Positions 10,330 to 19,383 of a stretch of DNA of 64,000 bases are shown here, in pieces. The notes under the pieces are model-generated. The model was not told where the DNA came from, did not search any database, and saw only the letters and a program-made list of their open reading frames with translations. This DNA comes from Acaryochloridaceae cyanobacterium VAR_48_metabat_390. Its GTDB lineage: Bacteria; Cyanobacteriota; Cyanobacteriia; Thermosynechococcales; Thermosynechococcaceae. The first letter of the stretch is position 1, and each line of letters starts with the position of its first letter. Location: the NCBI GenBank assembly GCA_031422435.1, contig JANPLU010000107.1, positions 50,622 to 114,621 on the forward strand, written 5' to 3'. The translations under genes and the position numbers were made by a program.

Positions 10330-11037
10330 GTCAGAAATCTGGAGCACAGCAGCAGCAGAATCTGCCCTCAGATTTGACTTGGGGAACTCAGCGCCATTGC
10401 GGTTTAGCCAAACGCCCTGTAAACCAGCACAGACAGATCCTTCATAATCTTCTGCCCAGCTATCGCCAACATGCCAAGCTTGACCGGGGAGGTACCGATG
10501 TTTGGCGATCGCTGCCTCAAAAATCTCAGCCTCTGGTTTTGCTGCACCCACCTGGGTTGAAATAGTAACGGATTGAAAGTAGTAGCCTAGCTCTAATGCC
10601 TCAAGAACAGCATAGAGACGGCTATCGAAGTTAGAGATAAGGGCAAGCTCAATCTCAAACGTCTTAAGCTGAGCTAGCACTTTCAGCGTCTCTGGGTACA
10701 AAATCCAGGGATCTGCCGTTTCAAAGTAGGCAAACAGGGGCTGAAAAAATGTGTCGAAGTCTGGCAGTTGCTCCAGCGCATCTACTGTTTCAAAGCTTTG
10801 CCAAGCGACAGTTCGCCACCAGTCATACTCTAGGCGCTGTAAATCTTGTGGCGCTGCCTGGGCAAAGGCGGCGCGTGGTGCGGCTCTAAAGCTTTTAATA
10901 AAGGCCATATTAAGCTGCTGGGCATCCAAATTAAGCCCTACCTGCTGCGCAAACTGAGCATAAATTTCGCCGACAGTACCGCGTACCCCAAATAAAGTGC
11001 CGACAGCATCAAAAAAAATAATTTTGGGGAAAGCCAT
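10291..11037 (-). CDS. HAD-IA family hydrolase (REG-2-like)
   Basis: FFDAVGTL, ISNFDSRL, AAKP, HVGDS..ED. Confidence 0.9.
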   Translation of the reverse strand: MAFPKIIFFDAVGTLFGVRGTVGEIYAQFAQQVGLNLDAQQLNMAFIKSFRAAPRAAFAQAAPQDLQRLEYDWWRTVAWQSFETVDALEQLPDFDTFFQPLFAYFETADPWILYPETLKVLAQLKTFEIELALISNFDSRLYAVLEALELGYYFQSVTISTQVGAAKPEAEIFEAAIAKHRYLPGQAWHVGDSWAEDYEGSVCAGLQGVWLNRNGAEFPKSNLRADSAAAVLQISDLMALKTILQAQN

Positions 11038-11198
11038 GAGGTACCACGAAAAAGATAATAGAACATCGACTGTAAGATAGGAAGTTATTGTCAGTCTGAA
11101 TACAGTTTTAGGTTGTACTTCTTAACGCTACATTAAATAACAATTGCTGAAGCAGGAGATCGCTGTTTCTGAAAACACTTCGTACCTAATTTATAAAC

Positions 11199-11405
11199 AT
11201 GCCATTATGCCCCGCCTGCAGACAGCCTCTGCACCGAACGCAGCGTAAGCCCTTTGAGAGATCGCTAAGCTACATCATTCCCGTGATGCGCTATCAGTGC
11301 TTTAATTCTGCTTGCCGCTGGCGGGGTCTTCGCTTCAACCTAAAAGCGCATCCTTTACTGGCCTCAAGAGATAGGGCGAAAAATTCAGATCGCCCCTCTA
11401 CCTAG
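11199..11405 (+). CDS. Putative small zinc-ribbon protein
   Basis: CPAC...RYQCFNSAC.W.G cysteine pattern in an otherwise empty intergenic gap. Confidence 0.5.
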   Translation: MPLCPACRQPLHRTQRKPFERSLSYIIPVMRYQCFNSACRWRGLRFNLKAHPLLASRDRAKNSDRPST

Positions 11406-11512
11406 GATGGTGTCTAAGCGTATGGAAGGGCGGGTTTAGCGGATACTACATTGGAAAACCTTAGATTTATCGGCGAGGCTCACTCCTACAAAGCCAGAGT
11501 GTTGTTTTATTC

Positions 11513-12484
11513 TTAGTCCGAGTCTAGTAAGGCTTTTGCGGCTGCAATACTTTGGCGAATGACAGCCGCAGAGCTGTGAAGTGCAATCTGCTCCGCTTCG
11601 AGCAAGTCTAGCTCTAAGACTTGACCGACTCCGCTGCGCCTCAGACAGGCTGGAACGCCAATAAAAATATCGGAAAGACCATATTCACCGTTTAAGTACA
11701 CCGCAGCGGGCAAAATGCGGGCGCGGTCGTAGAGAATAGACTCCACCATGGCACAGGCCGAAGACGCGGGGGCAAAGTAGGCGCTGCCTGCCTGCATTAG
11801 GCTCACAATTTCGGCTCCGCCATTGCGGGTACGCTCTACCAATCGTTCGATGGTAAGTCCATCCATTAGTTCGGTGATGGGGATGCCGCTGACGGTAGAG
11901 TAGCGGGGCAGCGGCACCATCAGGTCGCCGTGGCCGCCCAGTACCATCGCGTTTACGTCCATAATCGAAACGTTTAGCTCTAGGGCAATAAACGTGCCAA
12001 ACCGAGCAGCATCCAGCACCCCTGCCATACCTAGAACTTGATGGGGCGGAATGTCGGCGGCTTCCCAGGCTAGGTAGGTCATGACATCTAGCGGGTTTGT
12101 GACCATGAGAATGATGGCGTTAGGCGATTGGGCGATCGCCTGTTTCACCACATTCACGACGATATTGGCGTTGGTTTTGAGCAGGTCATCTCGGCTCATG
12201 CCAGGTTTACGGGCAATGCCAGCGGTGATGACAATCAGGTCAGAGTTTTGGGTGTGGGCGTAGTCATCGGTGCCAATGATGGTGCGATCGTGGCGCTCAA
12301 CGCCACGGGCTTCCATAAGATCTAGCGCCAATCCCTTGGGGCGACCAGGCTGGATATCGAGCAACACAACATCAGCTAAGTTTTTTTCGACTAGGCGCTG
12401 ACCCAGTGTGCTGCCTACGTTGCCCGCACCAATAATGGAAACGCGAGCAGACTGTGAACAGTGAGAAACGGCTGCGGTCATCAT
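11513..12484 (-). CDS. mdh: Malate dehydrogenase (LDH-like)
   Basis: GAGNVG, ITAGIARKPGMSRDDL, VTNPLD, LGGHGD, RTRNGGAEIV. Confidence 0.95.
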   Translation of the reverse strand: MMTAAVSHCSQSARVSIIGAGNVGSTLGQRLVEKNLADVVLLDIQPGRPKGLALDLMEARGVERHDRTIIGTDDYAHTQNSDLIVITAGIARKPGMSRDDLLKTNANIVVNVVKQAIAQSPNAIILMVTNPLDVMTYLAWEAADIPPHQVLGMAGVLDAARFGTFIALELNVSIMDVNAMVLGGHGDLMVPLPRYSTVSGIPITELMDGLTIERLVERTRNGGAEIVSLMQAGSAYFAPASSACAMVESILYDRARILPAAVYLNGEYGLSDIFIGVPACLRRSGVGQVLELDLLEAEQIALHSSAAVIRQSIAAAKALLDSD

Positions 12485-12539
12485 TGCAATCACCCCAGAA
12501 CAATGGATTGAATAAACGCAGGGACTGAGATACCTAGCG

Positions 12540-12752
12540 CTATTTCGCAGCCTCAAGCTGCTCTACCGCCAACCAAACGGTGGAGGTGGGAACCAAAAAT
12601 TTAATTTGGGCATAGTTACCGCTCAGCTCCACCACTTCTCCAGTGCCGTCAAAAACGTAGGGCGGAAGACGGCGATCGCTGGCCTGAGCCTCAATGCTGT
12701 TCTCAAACTTTTCGCGCAGGAGGCGAACTAAATCACCTTTTTTGATTGCCAT
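12540..12752 (-). CDS. ndhO: NAD(P)H-quinone oxidoreductase subunit O
   Basis: [32 protein letters not shown]. Confidence 0.92.
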   Translation of the reverse strand: MAIKKGDLVRLLREKFENSIEAQASDRRLPPYVFDGTGEVVELSGNYAQIKFLVPTSTVWLAVEQLEAAK

Positions 12753-12869
12753 AGAGTTTGTTCGGTATTAGGCTGTTTTCTGTCTCTATTGTACTGCTAC
12801 TCGCTCTGCTGCCCTCACAATCTAAGCATTTCGCCTTAGGTCATGGCCTTGTGATGCTTAATCCCTAGG

Positions 12870-13364
12870 CTAGGCCATGCCTGTCCGCGCCGCAATCACA
12901 ATTCGGGCACAGGCTTCAGCGTCAGAGAGTGCCTGGTGATGCACGAGGGGAATGTTGAGGTAGTCGCAAACATGGGGCAGTTTGGTGGGGTGAAGCTTCC
13001 AGGTTTGACGGGCAAGCTGCACGGTGCATAAAAACGGGTGAGATGGTCTGTCAATGCCGTAAGCATCGCAGCAGGCATACAACACGCCTTTGTCAAAGGA
13101 CGCATTATGGGCGGCGATCGCCTCAGCCCCTTCAAAAAGCGTCTGCATTTTAGGCCACAGTTCCCCAAAGGTGGGTTCTGTGGCAACGTCTTGCCAGCAG
13201 ATGCCGTGGATATCGGTAAATTCAAATTCTGGCTGTACAGGCCGAATGAGGTAGTGCGCCTTCTGGACAATCTGATCATTCTCAACGCGAATGATGCCAA
13301 TGGAGCAGGCGCTCGTCCGGCTTCGGTTGGCAGTCTCAAAATCAATAGCAACGAAGGTTTTCAA
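12870..13364 (-). CDS. DEDDh 3'-5' exonuclease (DnaQ-like)
   Basis: AIDFETAN, AHNASFD, HHQALSDAEAC. Confidence 0.9.
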   Translation of the reverse strand: MKTFVAIDFETANRSRTSACSIGIIRVENDQIVQKAHYLIRPVQPEFEFTDIHGICWQDVATEPTFGELWPKMQTLFEGAEAIAAHNASFDKGVLYACCDAYGIDRPSHPFLCTVQLARQTWKLHPTKLPHVCDYLNIPLVHHQALSDAEACARIVIAARTGMA

Positions 13365-13471
13365 AGGGCTTTAGGCAGAAAAACCATAGATTAAGAGCGA
13401 CATTAGAGGAATTGGCGACATTGCCAGACCCTAACGACCTCATCTAAGGTACCACTGAATAACGACCCTGG

Positions 13472-14470
13472 CTAAAACAACTGCCACTCAGGCGTTTGCA
13501 GCATCTTGAGCTGCTGAAGGCGGCTTATAAAAAAGTGTTCATCCAGGCGGCTACAGCTATGAATTTTTGAGGTTTCTAGGGCAATCCGCCAGTTCCAGAG
13601 GTGGGCAGCTTGGGTAAAGGGCTGGAGGGCTTCAAATTCTGCTGGCGTAAGCGCATGAAGCGTTTGGTAGCCCTGAAAAAAGGCATCTCGAACCTTACGG
13701 GCAATGCCTGTACGAATTGAAACCTGCAAAAACTTTGCCATCTCAAACGCCCGCCAGCCGTAGCCGCACTGGTCAAAGTCAAACAGCGTGAGCTGATTGT
13801 CGGCGGTAAAGTGAACGTTACCGCTGTGAGGATCGCCCCAACAAATTGTCCAGTAGGGAGCCTGTCGCGGCAGATTGCACAGGCGGTCTTTAATCTGGTC
13901 AATCAGGTGCTTAAGATAAGCTAAATCTTCAGAGTGAAACCGCAGATAGGGTTCAATTACCCCAAAAGATTCATCTAGCAAATACTCCAGAGACAGAGGC
14001 TGACGATGGGCGGCGCTATGAAAGTCTGAAGCCGTTTGATGGAGGTGCGCCACGGCTTCCCCCAGCTTGTACGCCTGCTTAACGCTCAAATCTCCAATGG
14101 GTACCCGACCCGGCGCGTAGGGAAACAGCGCAGCATAGCGCGAACCTTCTGGGGCGTGAATTTCAACGCAAAGCCCTCCCTCTAAGGTGTGGAGCGGCGC
14201 AGAAACTGAAACACCACAGCGCTTGAGATAGTTCAGCAGCTCTAGCTCAAACTCAGTTTCAGATTTAGTCCGCCAATGGGTGTGAGAAATTCGCAGGACG
14301 TAGCGTGCCGTCAGGGTTTCAATAATATATACGTCGCTCAGGCCACGATTCCAGAAATGACATTGCACCACTGGCCCAATGCCAAACAGCGGCAAAATCT
14401 GACGTTTGAGCGCTTCGCAGGCCAAGGTGGAGTAGGTGACTGGAAAAATAGTCTGGGTTAGTACAGCCAT
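13472..14470 (-). CDS. APH/homoserine-kinase-II family phosphotransferase
   Basis: CWGDPHSGNVH, LFDFDQCGYGWR. Confidence 0.88.
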   Translation of the reverse strand: MAVLTQTIFPVTYSTLACEALKRQILPLFGIGPVVQCHFWNRGLSDVYIIETLTARYVLRISHTHWRTKSETEFELELLNYLKRCGVSVSAPLHTLEGGLCVEIHAPEGSRYAALFPYAPGRVPIGDLSVKQAYKLGEAVAHLHQTASDFHSAAHRQPLSLEYLLDESFGVIEPYLRFHSEDLAYLKHLIDQIKDRLCNLPRQAPYWTICWGDPHSGNVHFTADNQLTLFDFDQCGYGWRAFEMAKFLQVSIRTGIARKVRDAFFQGYQTLHALTPAEFEALQPFTQAAHLWNWRIALETSKIHSCSRLDEHFFISRLQQLKMLQTPEWQLF

Positions 14471-14722
14471 TTACAAACTTCCCTTAAGCCAATGGAAGAA
14501 ACAAAGTTTTATGTTCGCTTTCAGCAATTAGGCAGTAAAGTACCTGAGGTCGCTCAAAAATGCGCTAGGGCACTCACCTTTAACGTGAAGCTCAGTCTAT
14601 CAAGACCCAGCCAATTTCTTTGACCTAATCAATTCTGATCCTTCCTACACAGATATGTCCACACTAACGGCAGACAGACTCTGAAAATGTATCCTATTAG
14701 GCAATTTTGACCGTAGTTTCGA

Positions 14723-15079
14723 CTAAAGGGTGAGGCCGATCGCCTGCTCAAACCGGATGCTCTCGAAACTGCGATCGCCGTACACGCCCTCGATCTGCTC
14801 TCGGCAGCACTCAATGGCAAAGTCATTAAGTTCTTCTGGTTCTATGCCAAACATGCGTGAAAAGGTGTCTGGGCGCACGCAGCAAAAGCTAGGGCGATCG
14901 TCATAGATTTGGCACTCCCGAGCGTTTTGATCAAAATGAACACACCAGCCATCTTCACCGATCAGACTGAGATAAAGCGCAAGTTCTTCTCCCGTCAGGT
15001 ACTCTGGCAGCTCAGGGCGATCGCCTGGGTCAAGCTGGCAGCAGGCACCACAATTTTGCACACATTTCCAGGTTGCCAT
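14723..15079 (-). CDS. YkgJ family cysteine-cluster protein
   Basis: WKCVQNCGACC...WCVHF..RECQIYDDRP.FC. Confidence 0.88.
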   Translation of the reverse strand: MATWKCVQNCGACCQLDPGDRPELPEYLTGEELALYLSLIGEDGWCVHFDQNARECQIYDDRPSFCCVRPDTFSRMFGIEPEELNDFAIECCREQIEGVYGDRSFESIRFEQAIGLTL

Positions 15080-15537
15080 GATTGATTCGGCTCTCGTCGT
15101 GAAATCTGTCTCAAATCTATCTTTGACCAAGCGCATTCAAAAGCTTGAGCATTCCAGCAAGAGGTGCGCTGCTCACTAGAGCTGTAAGAATATCGTGGTC
15201 TAAAAACAGCTTATCGGTAAATTGTAGTTTAAAGCACAAGAAGTACAGGTTATTTTCTTCGGAGAAAGAAAAAACTTCAAGAGAAGTTATGACTCAATTA
15301 CATTAATTTATGTAATAATTCTGTGCAAAGTGTATTTACAGTACACACACGTCCATTAACTAGCATATTGGGAGACTACAGAAAAAAATATTTACGTTTA
15401 TAAAAAATAAAAAGCTTAAGTTTTCAGACCTGTTGCAGCTACTGCTAAAAGTACAGATATTCTGTGGCTATTAGAAATTAATGAGGATCACGAATTAAAT
15501 AACCTAAAAATTGCTCGGTGGCGACGCGCTTTGCATT

Positions 15538-15588
15538 CCCTCATCCCTTCTTCGCTCTAGGAATGGAAGAGGAGCTGGGAGTAAGGGT
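15538..15588 (+). repeat. Degenerate copy of a cyanobacterial REP-like element
   Basis: ends gaagaggagctgggagtaagggt, similar to ggagaggggctgggggtgagggt at 19165-19187. Confidence 0.5.
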
Positions 15589-15705
15589 CAAAGTTGAGGG
15601 TGATTAAATTCATGGTTCTTAGGCAGCTTGAGAATGTCTGATGGCTCATTGAAATACTAAAAATTCAGCACAGTTATCAACCTTTTGCAATGAGAGGATT
15701 ACTCA

Positions 15706-15760
15706 TTTATTAAAGTTAAGGAAGTTCAGCGTCATACTGAACTTCCTTAACTTTAATAAA
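15706..15760. repeat. Perfect 24-bp inverted repeat, 7-nt spacer
   Basis: tttattaaagttaaggaagttcag-cgtcata-ctgaacttccttaactttaataaa. Confidence 0.95.
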
Positions 15761-15967
15761 GTACGTGTCAAACCTTTGCTCCCGAAACAGAGTGCCCACG
15801 AGGCTGTTATCAAACAAAGGCTACAGAATCTTAGGCGTATCGCATAATTGCATGCTCTAACTTGATGATTTCATCCAAGCATTCATCGGTGAGTTGGGTG
15901 ACAAGCTCTGTTGTTAATCCAACAACTTTTGACCTGATTAGAAAACTAGTATTCGGGGAAACAAAAC

Positions 15968-18900
15968 ATGCAAGTCTGTATCCATGAATGGTTTGAAAAA
16001 CAGGTCTGTCAAACGCCCCATGCAACTGCCGTTGTTTTTGAGACTGATAGTCTAAGCTATCAGGAACTCAACCAACGGGCTAATGCTCTGGCTCGTCATC
16101 TCCGGCAGCTCAACGTAGGGGCAGAGACGCTAGTAGGCTTATGTTTAGAGCGATCGCTCAATATGATTGTGGCGCTCTTAGCCATCCTTAAGGCAGGTGG
16201 AGCCTATGTGCCCATTGATTTGTCCTATCCCCCAGAACGAATTGCCTTCATGCTTAAGGATTCTCAAGTTTCTGTATTGCTAACAGCGCAAACCTTGACT
16301 GCGGCACTGCCGACCCATGCCGCCAAAGTGGTTTGTTTAGATACCGAATGGGAGCGCATTGCTCAAGAAGACTCCTGCAATCTTGAACCCCTAGCGGGAG
16401 CAGATAATTTAGCCTATGTAATCTATACATCTGGCTCAACGGGGCATCCTAAGGGTGCGGCGATGCCACATCGTTCTTTAGTTAATTTACTGGACTGGCA
16501 ATTACGAGCCTTTAAGGTACCCGTAGCCCGAACGCTGCAGTTTACGCCCATCAGTTTCGACGTGTCTTTCCAGGAAATTTTTTCGACTTTGGCGGGAGGC
16601 GGAACCTTAGTACTCGTCAGTGATGCAGTTCGACGCAATCCTGAAGCGTTGCTGCAGTACATTAGTCTACAGCGCATTGAGCGTCTCTTTTTGCCCTTCG
16701 TAGCTCTTCAGCATTTAGCCGAGGTGGCGATGGCTCAGACGCCACTTTTAGGCTTTGCTCTACAGGATATTATTACAGCGGGCGAACGGCTCAAAGTTAC
16801 GAACTCCATTGCACGATGGTTCAGTAGCCTCAAGGACTGTACGTTGACCAACCAATATGGACCGTCCGAAACCCATGTGGTGACATCTCATACCTTGAGT
16901 GGGTCGCCCAAGAATTGGCCAATTCTGCCTCCAATCGGACGCCCCATTGCTAATACGCAGGTTTATTTGCTCCAGGTTAACCTTCAGCGGACTCACGATG
17001 ACATTGAGTTGGCCCCTCTTGGTAAACCTGGAGAAATTGCCATTGGTGGGGCTGCGCTTGCCCAAGGCTATCTCAATCAGCCCGAATTGTCCCAACGTCG
17101 GTTTATTGCCAATCCGTTTAGCGACGAGCCGAACGCCAAGCTATACCGAACGGGCGACCTCGCTCGCTACTTGCCTGACGGAACCCTTGAATTTATCGAG
17201 CGCCTTGACAGGCAAGTCAAAATTCGCGGCGTTCGCGTTGAGTTAGGCGAAGTCGAAGCCGTTTTGGGGCAACATGCAGGGGTTAAGCAGGTGGCTGTCA
17301 TTCCTAAGGCGGATTTGACAGACCATAAAGTTTTGGCTGCATTTATTGTTCCGAGTCAAAACCCTACTGCAGAGACCAATCACCGTCAGCTCCTTCTGGA
17401 TCTCCGAGATCATCTGCGCCAAAAGCTTCCCCACTGCATGATTCCGTCAGCCTTTATGTTTCTAGATCAGCTACCTCTGACGCCATCGGGCAAGGTAGAC
17501 AACAGAGCATTGCCGAACCTTGACCAGCCGTGGATGCCCCTCAATCCTGATTTTGTTCCGCCCCGCACGCCTGTAGAGACGCGATTGACGGAAATTTGGG
17601 CGCAGACCTTAGAGATCCGTCAAGTTGGCATTGACGACAACTTCTTTGAAATGGGCGGAGACTCGCTTCGAGCCGTTCAGTTAGTGTTTCAGGTTAGAGA
17701 AGCATTCCAAATTGAATTGCCGATGGTGGCCTTGTTCGATGCGCCGACTATTTCACAATTTGCCAAGGCGGTGAACTCAGCCCTGAGGTCTTATACCGTG
17801 GCGACCTCTGATGACATAACGGTTTCAAATCTACTGGCCGATGCAGCCTTGGATCCGGTAATCGCTCCCCCACAAATCCCCTTTGTCTTTAGATCTCAGA
17901 CAGAGCATATTTTCATCACTGGCGTTACGGGTTTTTTAGGCGCGTTTCTGCTGCACGAACTGCTTGAGCAAACGACCGCTCAAGTTCATTGCTTGGTTCG
18001 CGCTAAAACTGCTGCTGAAGGCGATCGCAAAATTCAGGCTAATCTCAAAAAATACTTACTCTGGTCAGAAAACTATCGCGCTAGGGTTACATCCGTCCCT
18101 GGAGATCTAGCCCAGGCTCGACTGGGACTATCTGTAGAGGCTTTTCAGGCATTGGCTCGCCAAATGGATGTTATTTACCACAATGGAGCCGCGATTAATC
18201 TAATTTATCCCTACTCGGCACTCCGAGCGGCGAATGTGTTAGGCACACAGGAACTTTTGAAACTCGCCGCCGAGCATCACATCAAGCCCGTACACTTTAT
18301 CTCTACTCTAGATGTCTTTCAAACGACCGACTCGTTCAGCCGCAACCGCATTACCGAACAGGATCTGCTCAATCCGAGTGAAGCCATTCGTTTTGACGGA
18401 TATACCAAAAGTAAGTGGGTCTCCGAACGTCTGGTGTTTCAGGCGCGATCAAGAGGTATACCAACGGCTATCTACAGGCCAGCCATGATCTGTGGGCATA
18501 GCCAAACGGGCGCTGCTAATAAAGACGACCTGATGAACCGACTGATTCAGGGGATGGTGCAGCTAGGGAGCGCACCAGATTTTAGCGAGATGATGGTTAA
18601 CATTGCTCCCATTGATTATTTTAGTCAAGGCGCAATTTATTTATCTAGACAGGCCAGCGCCCTTGGCAAATCCTTTAACTTTGTTAACCCCCAACCCATT
18701 ACGATGGGTCAATTTGTTGAGACTATCAATACATTGGGTTATCAGGTTCGTCCGGTGGGTCATCGGGACTGGGAGAACCTGCTTGCCCAACATCGCGAAA
18801 CCCTAGATAGCGTCGTTGCCGTTTTGACATCGAAACCTACTGAAACAAGCTGGAGCTATATAGAGCGAAGTTCTGTTGGGGCATACCATGTGAGCTGCCA

Positions 18901-19039
18901 GAATGTTCTCGAAGGACTTCAGGGAACTTCTATCCGTTGTCCGGCCATCACGCCCAATCTCTTGAAACCCTGGCTTTCATTTTTGGTGAAAAACGGATTT
19001 CTTCCAAGTCCTGAAGCGCTAGAAGCCTTGGTTATCTAG
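15968..19039 (+). CDS. Stand-alone NRPS-like protein: adenylation - thiolation - thioester reductase (A-T-R), no C domain
   Basis: [48 protein letters not shown] domain [19 protein letters not shown]. Confidence 0.93.
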   Translation: MQVCIHEWFEKQVCQTPHATAVVFETDSLSYQELNQRANALARHLRQLNVGAETLVGLCLERSLNMIVALLAILKAGGAYVPIDLSYPPERIAFMLKDSQVSVLLTAQTLTAALPTHAAKVVCLDTEWERIAQEDSCNLEPLAGADNLAYVIYTSGSTGHPKGAAMPHRSLVNLLDWQLRAFKVPVARTLQFTPISFDVSFQEIFSTLAGGGTLVLVSDAVRRNPEALLQYISLQRIERLFLPFVALQHLAEVAMAQTPLLGFALQDIITAGERLKVTNSIARWFSSLKDCTLTNQYGPSETHVVTSHTLSGSPKNWPILPPIGRPIANTQVYLLQVNLQRTHDDIELAPLGKPGEIAIGGAALAQGYLNQPELSQRRFIANPFSDEPNAKLYRTGDLARYLPDGTLEFIERLDRQVKIRGVRVELGEVEAVLGQHAGVKQVAVIPKADLTDHKVLAAFIVPSQNPTAETNHRQLLLDLRDHLRQKLPHCMIPSAFMFLDQLPLTPSGKVDNRALPNLDQPWMPLNPDFVPPRTPVETRLTEIWAQTLEIRQVGIDDNFFEMGGDSLRAVQLVFQVREAFQIELPMVALFDAPTISQFAKAVNSALRSYTVATSDDITVSNLLADAALDPVIAPPQIPFVFRSQTEHIFITGVTGFLGAFLLHELLEQTTAQVHCLVRAKTAAEGDRKIQANLKKYLLWSENYRARVTSVPGDLAQARLGLSVEAFQALARQMDVIYHNGAAINLIYPYSALRAANVLGTQELLKLAAEHHIKPVHFISTLDVFQTTDSFSRNRITEQDLLNPSEAIRFDGYTKSKWVSERLVFQARSRGIPTAIYRPAMICGHSQTGAANKDDLMNRLIQGMVQLGSAPDFSEMMVNIAPIDYFSQGAIYLSRQASALGKSFNFVNPQPITMGQFVETINTLGYQVRPVGHRDWENLLAQHRETLDSVVAVLTSKPTETSWSYIERSSVGAYHVSCQNVLEGLQGTSIRCPAITPNLLKPWLSFLVKNGFLPSPEALEALVI

Positions 19040-19092
19040 ATTTTAAGGCTAATTGTTCTTACCTCTAAACTGAGTTGACTGACAAAATAAAT

Positions 19093-19187
19093 CTCCCTAA
19101 CCCCTTCTCACCCTGTGGAAGAAGGGGTTAGGGAGTGGGTTTCTAGCTCCCCTCTCCCGTTCTGGGAGAGGGGCTGGGGGTGAGGGT
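19093..19187. repeat. REP-like double hairpin element
   Basis: 16-bp IR ctccctaaccccttct/agaaggggttagggag, then cccctctccc-gttct-gggagagggg-ctgggggtgagggt. Confidence 0.8.
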
Positions 19188-19383
19188 CTTAAGCTTTGGT
19201 TCACCAAACAGCCTCTGAGACCACGATTTGTATAGGTACAGATATAGAAAAATGTGTCGGGTCGAAAGTTCGGAATAGTTTTTGTCAATACTAAGGTAGC
19301 TTTAAGGAAAACTTGCAGGCTTCAAGGTTGAGGCAGCGGCAGTTTCTTGAGTCGCTAAAGCAGTCTAAACTTCGGGGAAAGCA

